Of a stretch of 64,000 bases of DNA, positions 52,707-64,000 are shown one piece after another (position 1 is the first letter of the stretch; each line of letters begins with the position of its first letter). The stretch covers positions 1 to 64,000 of the forward strand of contig JBFLGF010000021.1 in the NCBI GenBank assembly GCA_050230475.1, in the 5' to 3' direction. The DNA comes from Ancylonema sp. (Eukaryota). A program made the translations under genes and the position numbers. The notes under the pieces were generated by a model. The model was not told where the DNA came from. It did not search any database and saw nothing but the letters and a program-made list of their open reading frames with translations.

Positions 52707-54783
52707 ATGGCGGTAAATGCTCGATAGCACTTAACCCCTTCATTTAGCTCGGTACTCATCCCCATTCACCGACTGCGAGAGTCCATTTCCATCAGGGCGT
52801 CGCTGACCTGTGCTGCGCACTCTGCTTCTTTACAATTCAGTCTCCTCAGATACGGCTTGAATGACAATGAGCAGAATGTCTCTGCTGCACTGATGTGAAA
52901 TTCGGGGCTCTTGCAAAGAAATTAAAACCAATCCACCTCATCCGTGGCACCCTCTAGAGATAACATTTCTCTTCTTCATGCGCATTTTTTTGCAAGGCAG
53001 ACTGTTCCCGTGAACCCGAAGCCATTTTTGAACGACTTGACGGGAAAATCAGTCATAGTGAAACTGAAATGGGGAATGGAGTATAAAGGTATGCATTGTT
53101 TGCCTGCCCTAGTTCGCCCTCCGCAATAGAACCAATTTGAGGCTGTTTATCTCACATGTCTGCATGTGAGGATATGGTCCCGACTGTGTGAGGAAGTTGG
53201 ATACCGCGCTTCTTCGCTCCTCCAATTGTAGTCACGTGAAGGTTGAGCTGTACCAATTCTGACAGATTTCTGGGTTTTTCCCATTTTCCTACTTGATATG
53301 GGTATCTGCACTGAAATGGCTGCATGGAAACGCAAGAAGAAAGAAATATGTTTTATTGTAACACATCAATATAACAATAAATGTATCGGGCATCATCCCT
53401 TCACACTTTCTTACAGAGAGAGAGTGAGTGAGTGTGAGAGTGGGGTGGGAGGGTGGGAAGATGTAATGCATATCTCTGACTCGAAACCCTGGTCAGCATT
53501 CGAATGAGGGGCAAGACGCAGCGATCCAGTATTCGCATGTGTTAGTGAGGAGGTTATGGGGCACCCATGGAATGGAGAACATGCTTATTGTGTGTGTGCA
53601 GCTGGCATCCAATGATATGTTCGGATGTTGGATTCTCCTGATTGGTGGCAGGTGTTTTGGTTTCTGTTGATTCATACATGAATCTTCAGGTGAGTTTATT
53701 TTGGAAGAGGGGATCGGTGATATTGTTTGAACAAAGCCGCCATCCCCCCTCAAGATTGAATCGATACAACAAAACCCTCATAAGTGATATTCGCACTCGA
53801 ATCTGATCCCGATTGTACCCACTCTCTGTTGAATGCGACAAATCACGTCTTCAAATACATTGCAAGCATTGCAAGCTTAGGGGACTGAATTTGAAATGTG
53901 GACCATGTTTGTTTTTTGTCACATTGTGTGTGTGTGTGTGTGTGTGAGTGTGTGTGTTGTTATGAATACAATCATTACATGTTTGAGATGTGCATATACA
54001 CGTGCATGTCATTTTGCGAGAGAAAGGCATGTAATCTTTCTTTTCATCACCTATATGTATGCTGAGTGCAAAATACTGTACAAAAATAAGTTTTTTGTCT
54101 TTTATCTTGTACACATTAATATCTTCATGTATCTATGCAGATGCGGATACTGACGTAGATGCGAAAATAGATGTATGTAATTGTAAACTCTGAGGCTCGC
54201 ACAACTTTTTATATTGTCATACATCGTTATTGATCCAAGTGGGTTTTTCATGACATCACAGTTAGTGTTATCGATGGTGATATAGTCACACGTCATACAG
54301 TCACATTCACTGCAATCTGGGACTCACTTTCTCTTGTGTGAATGGGCTCGCTTTGTATCCATAACAGCTCGCTAGTACGGAGGAGACAATCGATGGGCAG
54401 GTCACAGGGAATTTGGGGGAGGTGCTTATAAGGTGACTAGCGCTCGTCGAAGGAAGGGGTTGAGATTCTTTGCTTTACCATCGTATACCTATCTCAGGGA
54501 GAAATCAGGCTGATAGTTGTGTGGGAAATGAGATTAACATTTTCGAGTAACGTGTGGGGTGCGCGTAAAACTTTGAGGTTTAAAATGGACTGTTGCCTAA
54601 TTTATGGGGATATCACGTCCTTTGGGTTTAACATCGGTTTTAGGTTTTAGGGTAAACATCGGTGGATCTGTTTGAGGAATCTCACTCATGATTCTTGTTG
54701 TGTTGTGGGGCAGATGCAACAACGTTTTGTACCTAAGAGGTGTCCCTGAGGATGGGGAGATGAAGGATGCGGATGATGAATAA
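52707..54783 (+). CDS. SmF: Small nuclear ribonucleoprotein F
   Basis: Five exons: MA / [29 protein letters not shown] / [13 protein letters not shown] / [22 protein letters not shown] / [13 protein letters not shown]. Confidence 0.96.
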
Positions 54784-55213
54784 TTACGCACATGCGCACA
54801 TAGGCTTCGCAACGCCCCTTACCCGCGGATGTACAGCAACCTCCATAAAATAGGGGGAACCCTTTTTCTTGCTGTTTTGATTTGCAAACTGACTTCAAAC
54901 AATTTCGTAATATGATAGCTAGTGCTGTGTGGCGAATGTGATCCTTTTTGTTGAAATGGTCGAAGTGGAAAACATGTGTTGAGGAAGAGATTACTAGGGT
55001 GGAAATGTGTGGACGTTCCAGTATTAGTACTAGAACTAGTACTAGTATTAGAGTTGTCGATGGTGAGGGTTGGTGTGATAGTGGAGGTTCGGATTGACAC
55101 GTGTCCCCTTAATTGTAGATGGCTCACTTGAAGAGTGGTTGGGGATGTCAAAAGACAACATGTCTAGCTTGTGGGCCCGCAAGATATGCAAGTGCATGTT
55201 GATGCATGAATTT

Positions 55214-56110
55214 CATAATTGCACAGTCCTCCACATTTTCGTTTTCGGTACGCGTTGGTCCCAGGTCCGGGTCGTAGTCCTGGTTGGTCCTCGCGGTCCT
55301 CCGGTTTTTCAGGGTTTCTGGAAAAAGAAAATCAAAAAACTTCACATTTGGGGATTTTTTACCTTTTTTAACAAGACGCGTCCTCTGCAGACGTCAGAAA
55401 TTACTTGCGATGCATATTTTCGGTTGGATTTTTTTTCGAAACTCAATTTTGGACCTCCTACAATTTGACATTTGGATGCATAAAATCGAATACTGCGCTC
55501 AAACTGACATGTCGCAATCGTGAGCAATGTACTAAATTGTATCAACAAATCTCGCATGTTTGGTAAGGTGGAACCAATCAGAGTTGCTCGATCACTCGAT
55601 CGATTATTTCGAAGAAGAATGTGTACACAAACTCGAGCGGAGACAAATCAGTCCGTCTATGCAGGCGGATACTCTGCAGAGGACAAGGAAGTAGAGATGA
55701 CTCAAGAAGAAAGGGAGGAGGTCGAGTGAGTGCACACATACGACGGGAGTTGTAATATAGTAATGTAGTTTGTTTGATGTGATGATGTGATGATGTGATG
55801 GTGTGATGTGACTGTTGGAGAAGTGATCCTTAACCTCGGAAAAGTGCCCTGAGATGAACATGTGCCCCATTTGAACTGCAAATGAAGAGAGAGCAGATAA
55901 ATACACAAGGAAGCCGAATTATTGTACATAACGGACCAACTTTTGGTGTGATTGTATTTTTGTAATTCGCTATAAATCTTGATTAATTCAACTTTTTGAA
56001 AATTGTAAAAGCTCTCAGTCCGGTCTTTTCTTCTTTCTTTTTTGGGTGCGGGTCGGACCTGGGACTGACTTGAGGGTCCCCGGGTCCTCGGTCCTCTCCG
56101 TGCAATTATG
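55214..56110. mobile_element. Non-autonomous hAT-like element (897 bp)
   Basis: TIR CATAATTGCAC / GTGCAATTATG. Candidate 8-bp TSD ATGAATTT / ATGTGTTT (6/8). GGTCC motifs cluster near both ends. Confidence 0.65.
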
Positions 56111-57183
56111 ATGTGTTTCATTTGGTTCGAACGTTATTTTCCACAATCATCTTCAATTGATGAATACAAAAGTCTATCTATGTTTTTCTTAGGTGATACA
56201 AGGCAAAATGGTCTTGCTTGGAAGATATGTTCTACAAGATTAATGATTTCTTAGCTAGCGTAATGTGATCGCAAGTGGAAACTCAATAATACGCCGATCA
56301 CGAGAAATGATCATCAATTTCAAACACACGTGCCTCACATTCATTGTATGCATGTAATTGTGTGCGTGTCATACTATTCTGAAAGACATATCCAACAATT
56401 ATTACATCGTTAGATGGGATGAACAAGTTATATGATGTTTGCGACCTCCACTCATCTTCTTATTGTTGACGCCATGATGACGTACACTCACTTACTCAAC
56501 TCTGAACTCAGAGCTCTGAACACAAATAGTCCTCAATGACCATTAACTCATACACATGCACATGCGCATTCACATACTCATTAAACTCATACACTTTGTG
56601 CGCAACACGTAGACAAAGCTTCTTTCATGAAAAAGCAAGTAAAATAACAAAGTACTATCTCTATAATAGTCCGGTCTCTAAAATCTGGTCAGTTCAGGAA
56701 TTATTCATCTTATCCTCCACGCGTACTAATCTAATTTACTGCCCTAGATACATCAGACGGTCAGTCTAAACCATCTACAAACAGCGCATGCTCGCTGACT
56801 CACTATAGCGCGCCTACACGCACTGTTGCAGTCCTGATACATTTCACCGCAAAATCCGCCGCAGTCGTGAAACCCGTCACTAAAATATCACGTCAGTCTC
56901 AAGTTCATATTCAAACTACGTATTATACGATATAGTCTTTAGTTTCAATTTAACACCATATAATCACCATACAACAAATCTCGATTTCCGGCAAACCAAA
57001 CGAAAACGAAACGAAACGAAAGTTCTCCGTATATCGAAAAACCCGTTAACTACTCGACCAAAATCAACACTTTGATATACAATTTGAATGTTGCAGCAAT
57101 ATCTCACACTTCTTTGAGGGAGGCCCTATGTGAAAGAAGTGACCTGAAATTCAAATTCGCCTGGAGCGACACCACTTCGTGAT

Positions 57184-57573
57184 GGAAAATGTTAATCGCA
57201 CGCCAGCTTTGTTCGACTGCACGCCATATACCGTTCGCCCGCTCGAACGCGAAATCAAGGCATCGAGCCCACGGCATATTTTGACAAGGTATAAATTAAG
57301 ATAAGGTTGTGTTTCGCGGTATCGCGATTTATGCCCGCAGCAGTAGTCCTTGCGTGTGCGGCTGCTCTGCGATGGCGGGCGTAGGACAAAAGAGCATTGT
57401 GATGCAGGCGTGACGAGAGAGTCAGCGAAACTAGAGGGTACCGTTAACGATGCTGGGAACGATGAGTACCGAGTTTGGCGTCTGGCAGCAAAGTATCGAT
57501 CGAGTGTTGGCAGCGAACGGTATATGGCGCGCAATTAAACAAAACTGGCGTGCGTACCGGTATAACATTTCCC
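57184..57573. mobile_element. Mutator-like MITE (390 bp)
   Basis: About 55-bp imperfect TIRs starting GG (GGAAAATGTTA..CGCACGCCAGCTTTGTT..CGCCATATACCGTTCGC and its inverse ending TAACATTTCCC). 9-bp TSD CTTCGTGAT / TTCCGTGAT. Confidence 0.78.
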
Positions 57574-57748
57574 TTCCGTGATCCGCGGAGGTTCCGTGAT
57601 CAATGGCGAAATTACAAAAAACTGAAATGCGCCACGGAGAATATTTACGCCCGACCTTCTGCAGAAAGCTTCACTCCTGGATTTGCGAGTCGCAGAGATG
57701 CCTGCTCACGTGCGTGGACAGACCCGATGTGGTAGCGTCGGTGATGTC

Positions 57749-58758
57749 ATGGGAACAATAGCAAGCTTTACTTCAGTTCTAACGACAGCCAGGTCGTCTC
57801 TGTCCCCCTATATCGTCTGCGGTAATATTTCTTACGGGTTTCCTTTTGTTAGTGATAAGAGCGGGTATGTTGTGAACGCGAGAAGCAAATGCGACAAGAT
57901 GGTACCGACCGCAATTCAAGATGGACAGAGAGTTTCCTTCATGAATGCAATTTTTTACAAAAAACAAAACTTCTCTGTGGGTCGACTTATTACTCTATCG
58001 GATTCGCACAGGCAAGTCGCCAGGTGTCAATACATAGTCCAAGACGCCGCCCTGCCACACGTTATAGGCTCACAGCGGGCGGAGATCCCCGGGTGTAGAT
58101 CCTTCGCCAAAAACGAAGAAGTGAAAAGAAATATTTTCGACCACACCACTCCTCAGGTCGCACACCACTCGAACCGCAGAGCGGTTTTGGCTTCCTTGCC
58201 TCTTCTCACCATCGCCTCATTTCCTTCGCTTAGCATAGCCGATGTGGCACCACCTGATGGAGCGGCTGGCGCTGCAAAATCCCTGACCACCCTGGAAACG
58301 AGACCCCAGTCGCCACCCGTTGCTCTCCAGTCATTTCCTCCAGAACAGCGGTCGATGCCTTCCTTTGGGCAGAAAGAAATACTGTATCCTGAGTGGCTAG
58401 CTGGAAGTTGGTGAGGGGTGAGTATCCCTCGGCGATGCCTACCCATCCATGTGCATCGCTGTATCCACACCGGCTCTCACATGCTTGCAAGTGGCCTGCA
58501 TGATCTCCAATCTACTTTCGGATTTCAGGCATCCCCGTTCTGTTGCTCTCAGGAATGTCTCTGCGACGTTCGCTGGGTTCAGTACTCCCCTCGGCAGGGC
58601 CTATCTCACTCCCTCGGTGGCTGGAGCAAAAAAGGTCAAGTGCTTTACCAAACCTGGGGGATAACAAAATAAGAAAAGTGATTTTTTTTATATACATATA
58701 TACATACATATATATGTGTATGCATATTATATATATATATATATATACATATATATAC

Positions 58759-58790
<32 letters not shown>

Positions 58791-58857
58791 ATATATGTGT
58801 ATATATATATATGTATATTATATACGTATTTGTATATATATGTATGTATATATATGT

Positions 58858-58911
<54 letters not shown>

Positions 58912-60062
58912 GTGTATAGATATATGTATGTATGTATATATAAGAATAATAATAATAGTCGAAGTATGTCGACCTCGTGAAGAATCTCCCTTCATCTCTA
59001 CCTCCGTCTCCAAACAGTGACACGGATACTCCCCCCCTTTCGAAAAACTCTCGCCAACTGATATCCCTCCCTCACCCCTCTGCCTGCGCACCACCTGGCG
59101 CTCTCTCATCACATCCATGGCGAGTGGTTCAGGCCAGCTGTCTCCTTCTTGCTGATGCCGGCGCCTCCCCCACTTACCAAACCCGCTACCTGACTCGGGT
59201 ACCCACCCCCTCCCAACCCCCCACTCCTCCCCAGCCTCCCATTACGCCACCAGTCACTGCTACTGATGCCGCAAACCTTGGGATGGGTGGGGTGGGGTGG
59301 GGTGGGGCAGCTGGAGGGAGGGGGCGCGGTGGGAGACCCAGTGTTCAATATGGAGGAATGCGTGGATGGGTATTTAGGAGCTGGGGCCGTGAAGGCCATC
59401 AGGTCGGAGAGGGAGGACAGGTGGCAGCTGGTTTGACAATCGAAAGACACCTGTTCTGGTCTGGACCCCGCCACCTGTCTGCCACTGCAAGTGCCACCTG
59501 TATGCTCAATACTGCTTCTGATCGAGTCATCACATCATTCCTCATGAGCGCTTCTGTGGCGTGGGCTCTTCTTCTCAGTTACGAGAGCAGCCATTGGTCC
59601 ATCCTGTACCAACTGCCGAGGAGAAGCAGCCCGGGAGCCGACACGTGGCGTGCTGTGAGTGGCCCTTCCTCCTCAGACACGGGCTGTCCGTGGACATCAG
59701 GCGAGGGATGTGCCAATGGGTGCTGAGGTGGCGAGTACCTGGGTGTGCAGGAGCTTTTTGCCATCGGGCAGAAGTCTGGACCTGCAAACCAGGGAACCGA
59801 CTTTTCATGCTCCCAGAGATTCCGCCAGGTGGGTGGGGGCACGAAAACCAGATTTGGTCACCAGAATAGGGTGGTCCACACCCAAAGCCTTTGTCTGATT
59901 ATCATACTGCCGTATCAGTCTGTTGCTAATCGCAGGTCCTTACCCGGGTCAACTGTCACGTGCTTCATGTTTGACCCTGGATTTGACTCGAGGTTGGAGC
60001 TTGCTGCTCTATGCAGGTTAGCAATGGGGCGGGTCAGACGCTTGCCCACGACTACAATGTAA
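57749..60062 (+). CDS. DUF6816-like plastid protein; 3' exon structure unresolved
   Basis: Long presequence with [15 protein letters not shown], then [12 protein letters not shown] / [18 protein letters not shown] / [15 protein letters not shown]. End coordinate approximate. Confidence 0.55.
58688..58941. repeat. Imperfect (AT)n/(GT)n intronic microsatellite
   Basis: About 250 bp of alternating purine-pyrimidine sequence. Confidence 0.97.
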
Positions 60063-61926
60063 GTTCGTGCGAATTATGTATGTCTGTATGTGTTATACAT
60101 GTATCTATATTTGTGGTTTACCGCAGGCCACCTCTGCTTTGTTGCTTTAGATTGTGATGGAATGGAATCAGTTTTCAAAAAGTTTGTGAATATATATATC
60201 AAGAAATTCCAGTTCTTCAAGTCGAGATTTTTTTTTGTTTTTTTTTTGTCACACATTTTTTTAAATTTTTTTTTTTTCTTTATTTTTTTCACAAGATGCG
60301 CACGACAACAATCAATCTCACATGGATGTGGTTTGCCTCCTATTGGTTGGACTTTAGGTGACATGGCGATATCGATATAGGGACCCGTTCACAGTCTCTG
60401 TGCTCCAACAAGTGGAAGGCTTTTTGCAGGTTCGAAAGCTATTCTTGTATGAATTTTGAAACGAGGATATGGACGAAAGTTGTAAAATGTTTATTGTATC
60501 TTAGATTTCGGGTTGGATCTAATTTCGGCCTCGCTGAAAGCCACCTAGGCAAGGTCGTCAGGAGCTTACATGGGAAAGTTAACATAAATATGGGTCAAAG
60601 TAAATAAATATGGCAAAGTTTAACATGCATAAAATACGTGCTATGATTGCAATGAGTCCATCGAGTGCAATCAGTTTCGACGTAGAGAGGGATCAAGTGT
60701 ATTATTTTTAAAGCAAGGCCGTAATTATATGGGAGCATTGTATGAAATCGTGGAAGTGCCTCAGAGTGGACGTGATGTATCACGTGCCATTATGTTTCAG
60801 CCTCAAGACGCGGCGTTCTTTGAGACAAGAGGGAAGGCGGTGGTGCTTTATGATTACACGCTAGAGATGCACAAGATTGAGTGATGCGACCAAGAGGTGG
60901 TGGACAACGAATTTCACCGAAATTGTGTGAGTGACTGTGCATCATGTGCGAGTGTTTGATACTGTTGGGGATGGACGAGATTGACATACACACCAGTATG
61001 TGGTGCTTGCAAGTGTGAGGTAATTAAGTTTAGTGACAGCATTGACACACAGTTGTGCGCAGACCTTCTTCCTTACAAAAACCAAAACCGTTGCTATTGT
61101 TAACTCGAATTTGTGCATACCATTGTATGAGGGGGGGGGCATTGTTGTCTCATAGATATTCTGAATTGTCTTTTTAATTCAGCGCATAGGCTAGTCGTAA
61201 TCGGGATACCATCATCGCGGAGTTTGTTGTTGTGTGCAATCGAGATGTGTGATTATTAATATCTAGAATTCTTTGTTGTCCCATTCTCCACACACGGGCT
61301 CTCAGTTTCATCTGTTGGTGTTATCGATTCTCGTGTTCGGGTAAATATAAGTAGGAAACATCGATTCCTTTTATCACGCTTGTCACCAATTGACTCCAAT
61401 CAGCCCCACTTAGTAAAAGCGATTGACAAAGAAAACGACTATAGCAACTTCTTTACCTTGCGTAACACTTATTTCATAAATGCTTAATTTCTTCCATTCG
61501 TCTTTTCTTTGATTTCTTCTCCCACCACTACAATCGAGTGTGCAAAAAGCGAAAAAAATGCTGACTCGCTCATGTCACTTACCTTGTCGCTATTACCACA
61601 AGCGTACATTATTGAGCCCGCTCCAAGGCACTCAACTATAAGCGAATAAGTACTCGCATTGTGAACTTTATAATACGGCACAAGGTGACTTTGGCCTATG
61701 TGGTTTTGTGAAAACAACTCTATGGCAAGCATCTTTACAATCGGCCACTTGCCACATCCAAGAATACATGACAGGAGGAGGTTACCACGCATTCATTACC
61801 TCGTTGAGATCACTTAGTTTCAAATACCACTACCTCTCATTATACTATCTAAGGCCACGCCCCGCATGTGATGACTCCTTAGAATAAGATTTAAAGATTC
61901 TAGTACACCTGGCCACGCAAGGCTTG

Positions 61927-64000
61927 CTAGCATGGCAAAATTGATGGATTTGTCTCTGATTGTCTTTCGACTTCTTGTCTTGTGTGACTCAGAATACGCT
62001 CGGCCAGGAGCAAATCCTCGGGCGTAGTCACCTGAAATCACCGACACTCGAGTCATCACCAAAACCCCAACTTTTTGATTTCACAAAACCCTGAGCAGCT
62101 ATCAACGTTTGTGGGATACACTCTAAGCCCAAAACGCCAATAGCAGCTGAGATTATGAATAACACATGCAATACGCTACAGAAACAACTCGACGTCAAAC
62201 GACATACGGCATGCGAATCCGACTTAGGATACGAATCCTACTTAGAATACAAATCCAAATTAGGACACGTATCCGAATTACGATACGAATCCGGATTAGG
62301 ATATGTATCCAAATTAGGATACGAATCCGAATTACGATACGAATCCGGATTAGGACACGTATCGGAATCGTTGAGAGGTATGCAAACCTTGATGTTTGTG
62401 TACGACCCTTCAGTGATCCAAACAGGGTGGTTCAAATGCTCCACGATCGAGACATCATCCGTCACATCCAGCTTTTCTCTGCTCCCCCAAACCCTCCTCG
62501 AGTGACCCAATCAGATCGCCACTTGATGGGTTCACATTATTAAAAAAAATGATTTGCATCTACCACCTCCCTTCCCCCACCGATCAAATAAGGTCCCCTA
62601 CCTATTAACAAGCTCGAATCCTTTCCGCAACAACTCTGGTCTCAGCACCTGGACCCCCCCCCCCATCGAGACTCAGAAGCGGGACTCTTGTCTCGACCTA
62701 CGTCCACGAGAGCGCGTGAATTTTTAGAAGCATCACATACCATATCTGAGATTTCTTCAGTTTTTGGGGGAGTTTTCTGGTTTTTTTTCGGGTTTTTTTT
62801 CCGGAGTTTTTTTTTGCGGGTTTTGTTCAGAAAAAAAAACTGAAACCCATAAAAAAAAAAAAAAAAAAAAAAAAACGATATTCAGGAATTCTGACATTTA
62901 CAGGTGTGAAGTTGCAGAGGCACATTCCAGATGCCACGAAGAAAGGTCCCTCCATCACTAGTGCGCTTCGCACAGGCTGATGTGCGTTGTGAACCCCTCT
63001 CTTCTGATTACACACCTGCGGTGTTTGCATCTCCCACAGACTGCTCCTCTCCAAAGTCTTCTCCACAAACCCAGTCTTTCCAGCCTGTACAACCCCCCAG
63101 CCCCCAGGCCCCAGCCCCCATCCCTAAATCTTACGTGCACACACATATCCCTCTGCTCGCTTCACATCAGAGCTAGAACGCTACGGCACGGATCCTCCCT
63201 GGTCGCTGGTCGAACAAAGCTACCAGTTTGCGCCAGAAGGTACTCGCCTGTTTGATAGTCGCCTTCACACGCACCCCCAGGACTGCCGCCCCGTGTCTCA
63301 TGCCATCACTCAGCACCTGCCAGGTGGCGCACCAGCAGTGGCCGTCAGAGGTGAGTCTGTCTAGGTGGCGTGTTTGTGGGGTCCCACCTTCCTTGTGTCA
63401 GCAGCTGTGATGAGGGGGCGAGCGGAGTCGTGGATGGCGACCAATTGCGAGTGAGGGCGGATTGCCTGGGGGGCACAAGGTGGGATGGGAGGCGGTTGGG
63501 GGATTTGAATGGGGGATGGCAACAAACTTGGCACTCATGCGTGTCGCGATGAGTGCCGGGGATGATGATGATGATGATGATGATGATGGTGATGATGATG
63601 GTGATGATGATGATGATGTTGCGGGGATGGTGATGGTGATGATGATGGTGGTGGTGGATTGGGGAGTGGCAGGAGCAAAGCAAGGGAGGGATTGCCTCTG
63701 ACTTGCAGCCCGTTGAACACAGAATCTTGACGCTCTTTCCCGGGAAGAACGAATTTTAGGACCACTGCCAACTGCGCCTCTGCACCACGACACGACATCG
63801 CCCCAACTCAAAGAGATGGAACTTGGCAGCCGGTGTTTTCGTTTTGATTGAACAGTTCAATTGAATGACATGTCTCATGCTTTCATGGAGAACGAGTTGG
63901 AAGCAGAGGGTGTTGGTAGTGGGGGGAGCATCTGACCCAAAAAAAGGGGTTTGTATTGGGATTCGCACACCACCACGACTTCCGCCACCTCAGGCATGTT
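61927..64000 (-). CDS. ISPD: 2-C-methyl-D-erythritol 4-phosphate cytidylyltransferase (MEP pathway); 5' end outside window
   Basis: Exons encode [97 protein letters not shown] and [14 protein letters not shown]. Confidence 0.96.
62210..62370. repeat. 18-bp minisatellite (GATACGAATCCGAATTAG-like) in the last IspD intron
   Basis: About 9 degenerate contiguous units. Confidence 0.92.
63561..63659. repeat. (GAT/GGT)n trinucleotide repeat in an IspD intron
   Basis: About 30 units. Confidence 0.95.

Noticed and set aside
49397..61929. Genome-wide TAG-to-sense reassignment
   Set aside because: p23, IspD and ASHH1 plausibly end at TAG, and no other conserved exon I translated has an in-frame TAG; one clear case is insufficient.
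62210..62370. CRISPR-like look of the 18-bp array (and the 33.3 kb array)
   Set aside because: Contiguous units without unique spacers, intronic, and no cas genes.

Overview
Gene-dense eukaryotic nuclear DNA from a green plant lineage. The intron-rich genes are clear land-plant orthologues, but the introns are G/C-run and microsatellite rich, which is most consistent with a streptophyte alga (inference). Spliced genes reconstructed by eye: RAY1-like GT77 (3' part), ASHH1/SDG26-like SET methyltransferase, plastid Cpn20, SCAI, a LYR-motif protein, a tandem ribbon-helix-helix-like protein, a C2-like orphan exon, ABCB28, a kinase-less malectin-like receptor protein, a myosin-TH1 domain protein, p23, SmF, a DUF6816-like thylakoid protein and IspD (3' part). 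There are three MITE-like elements with TIRs and near-perfect TSDs, many intronic simple repeats, and several near-identical local duplications, some N-flanked and probably assembly artefacts. Most notable: an in-frame TAG in a conserved p23 exon, a circularly permuted 603-bp copy sitting where the ABCB28 D-loop exon should be, G-run splice acceptors without polypyrimidine tracts, and the RHH-like gene. No CRISPR, tRNA or rRNA was seen. All family calls come from recalled motifs, not database searches.
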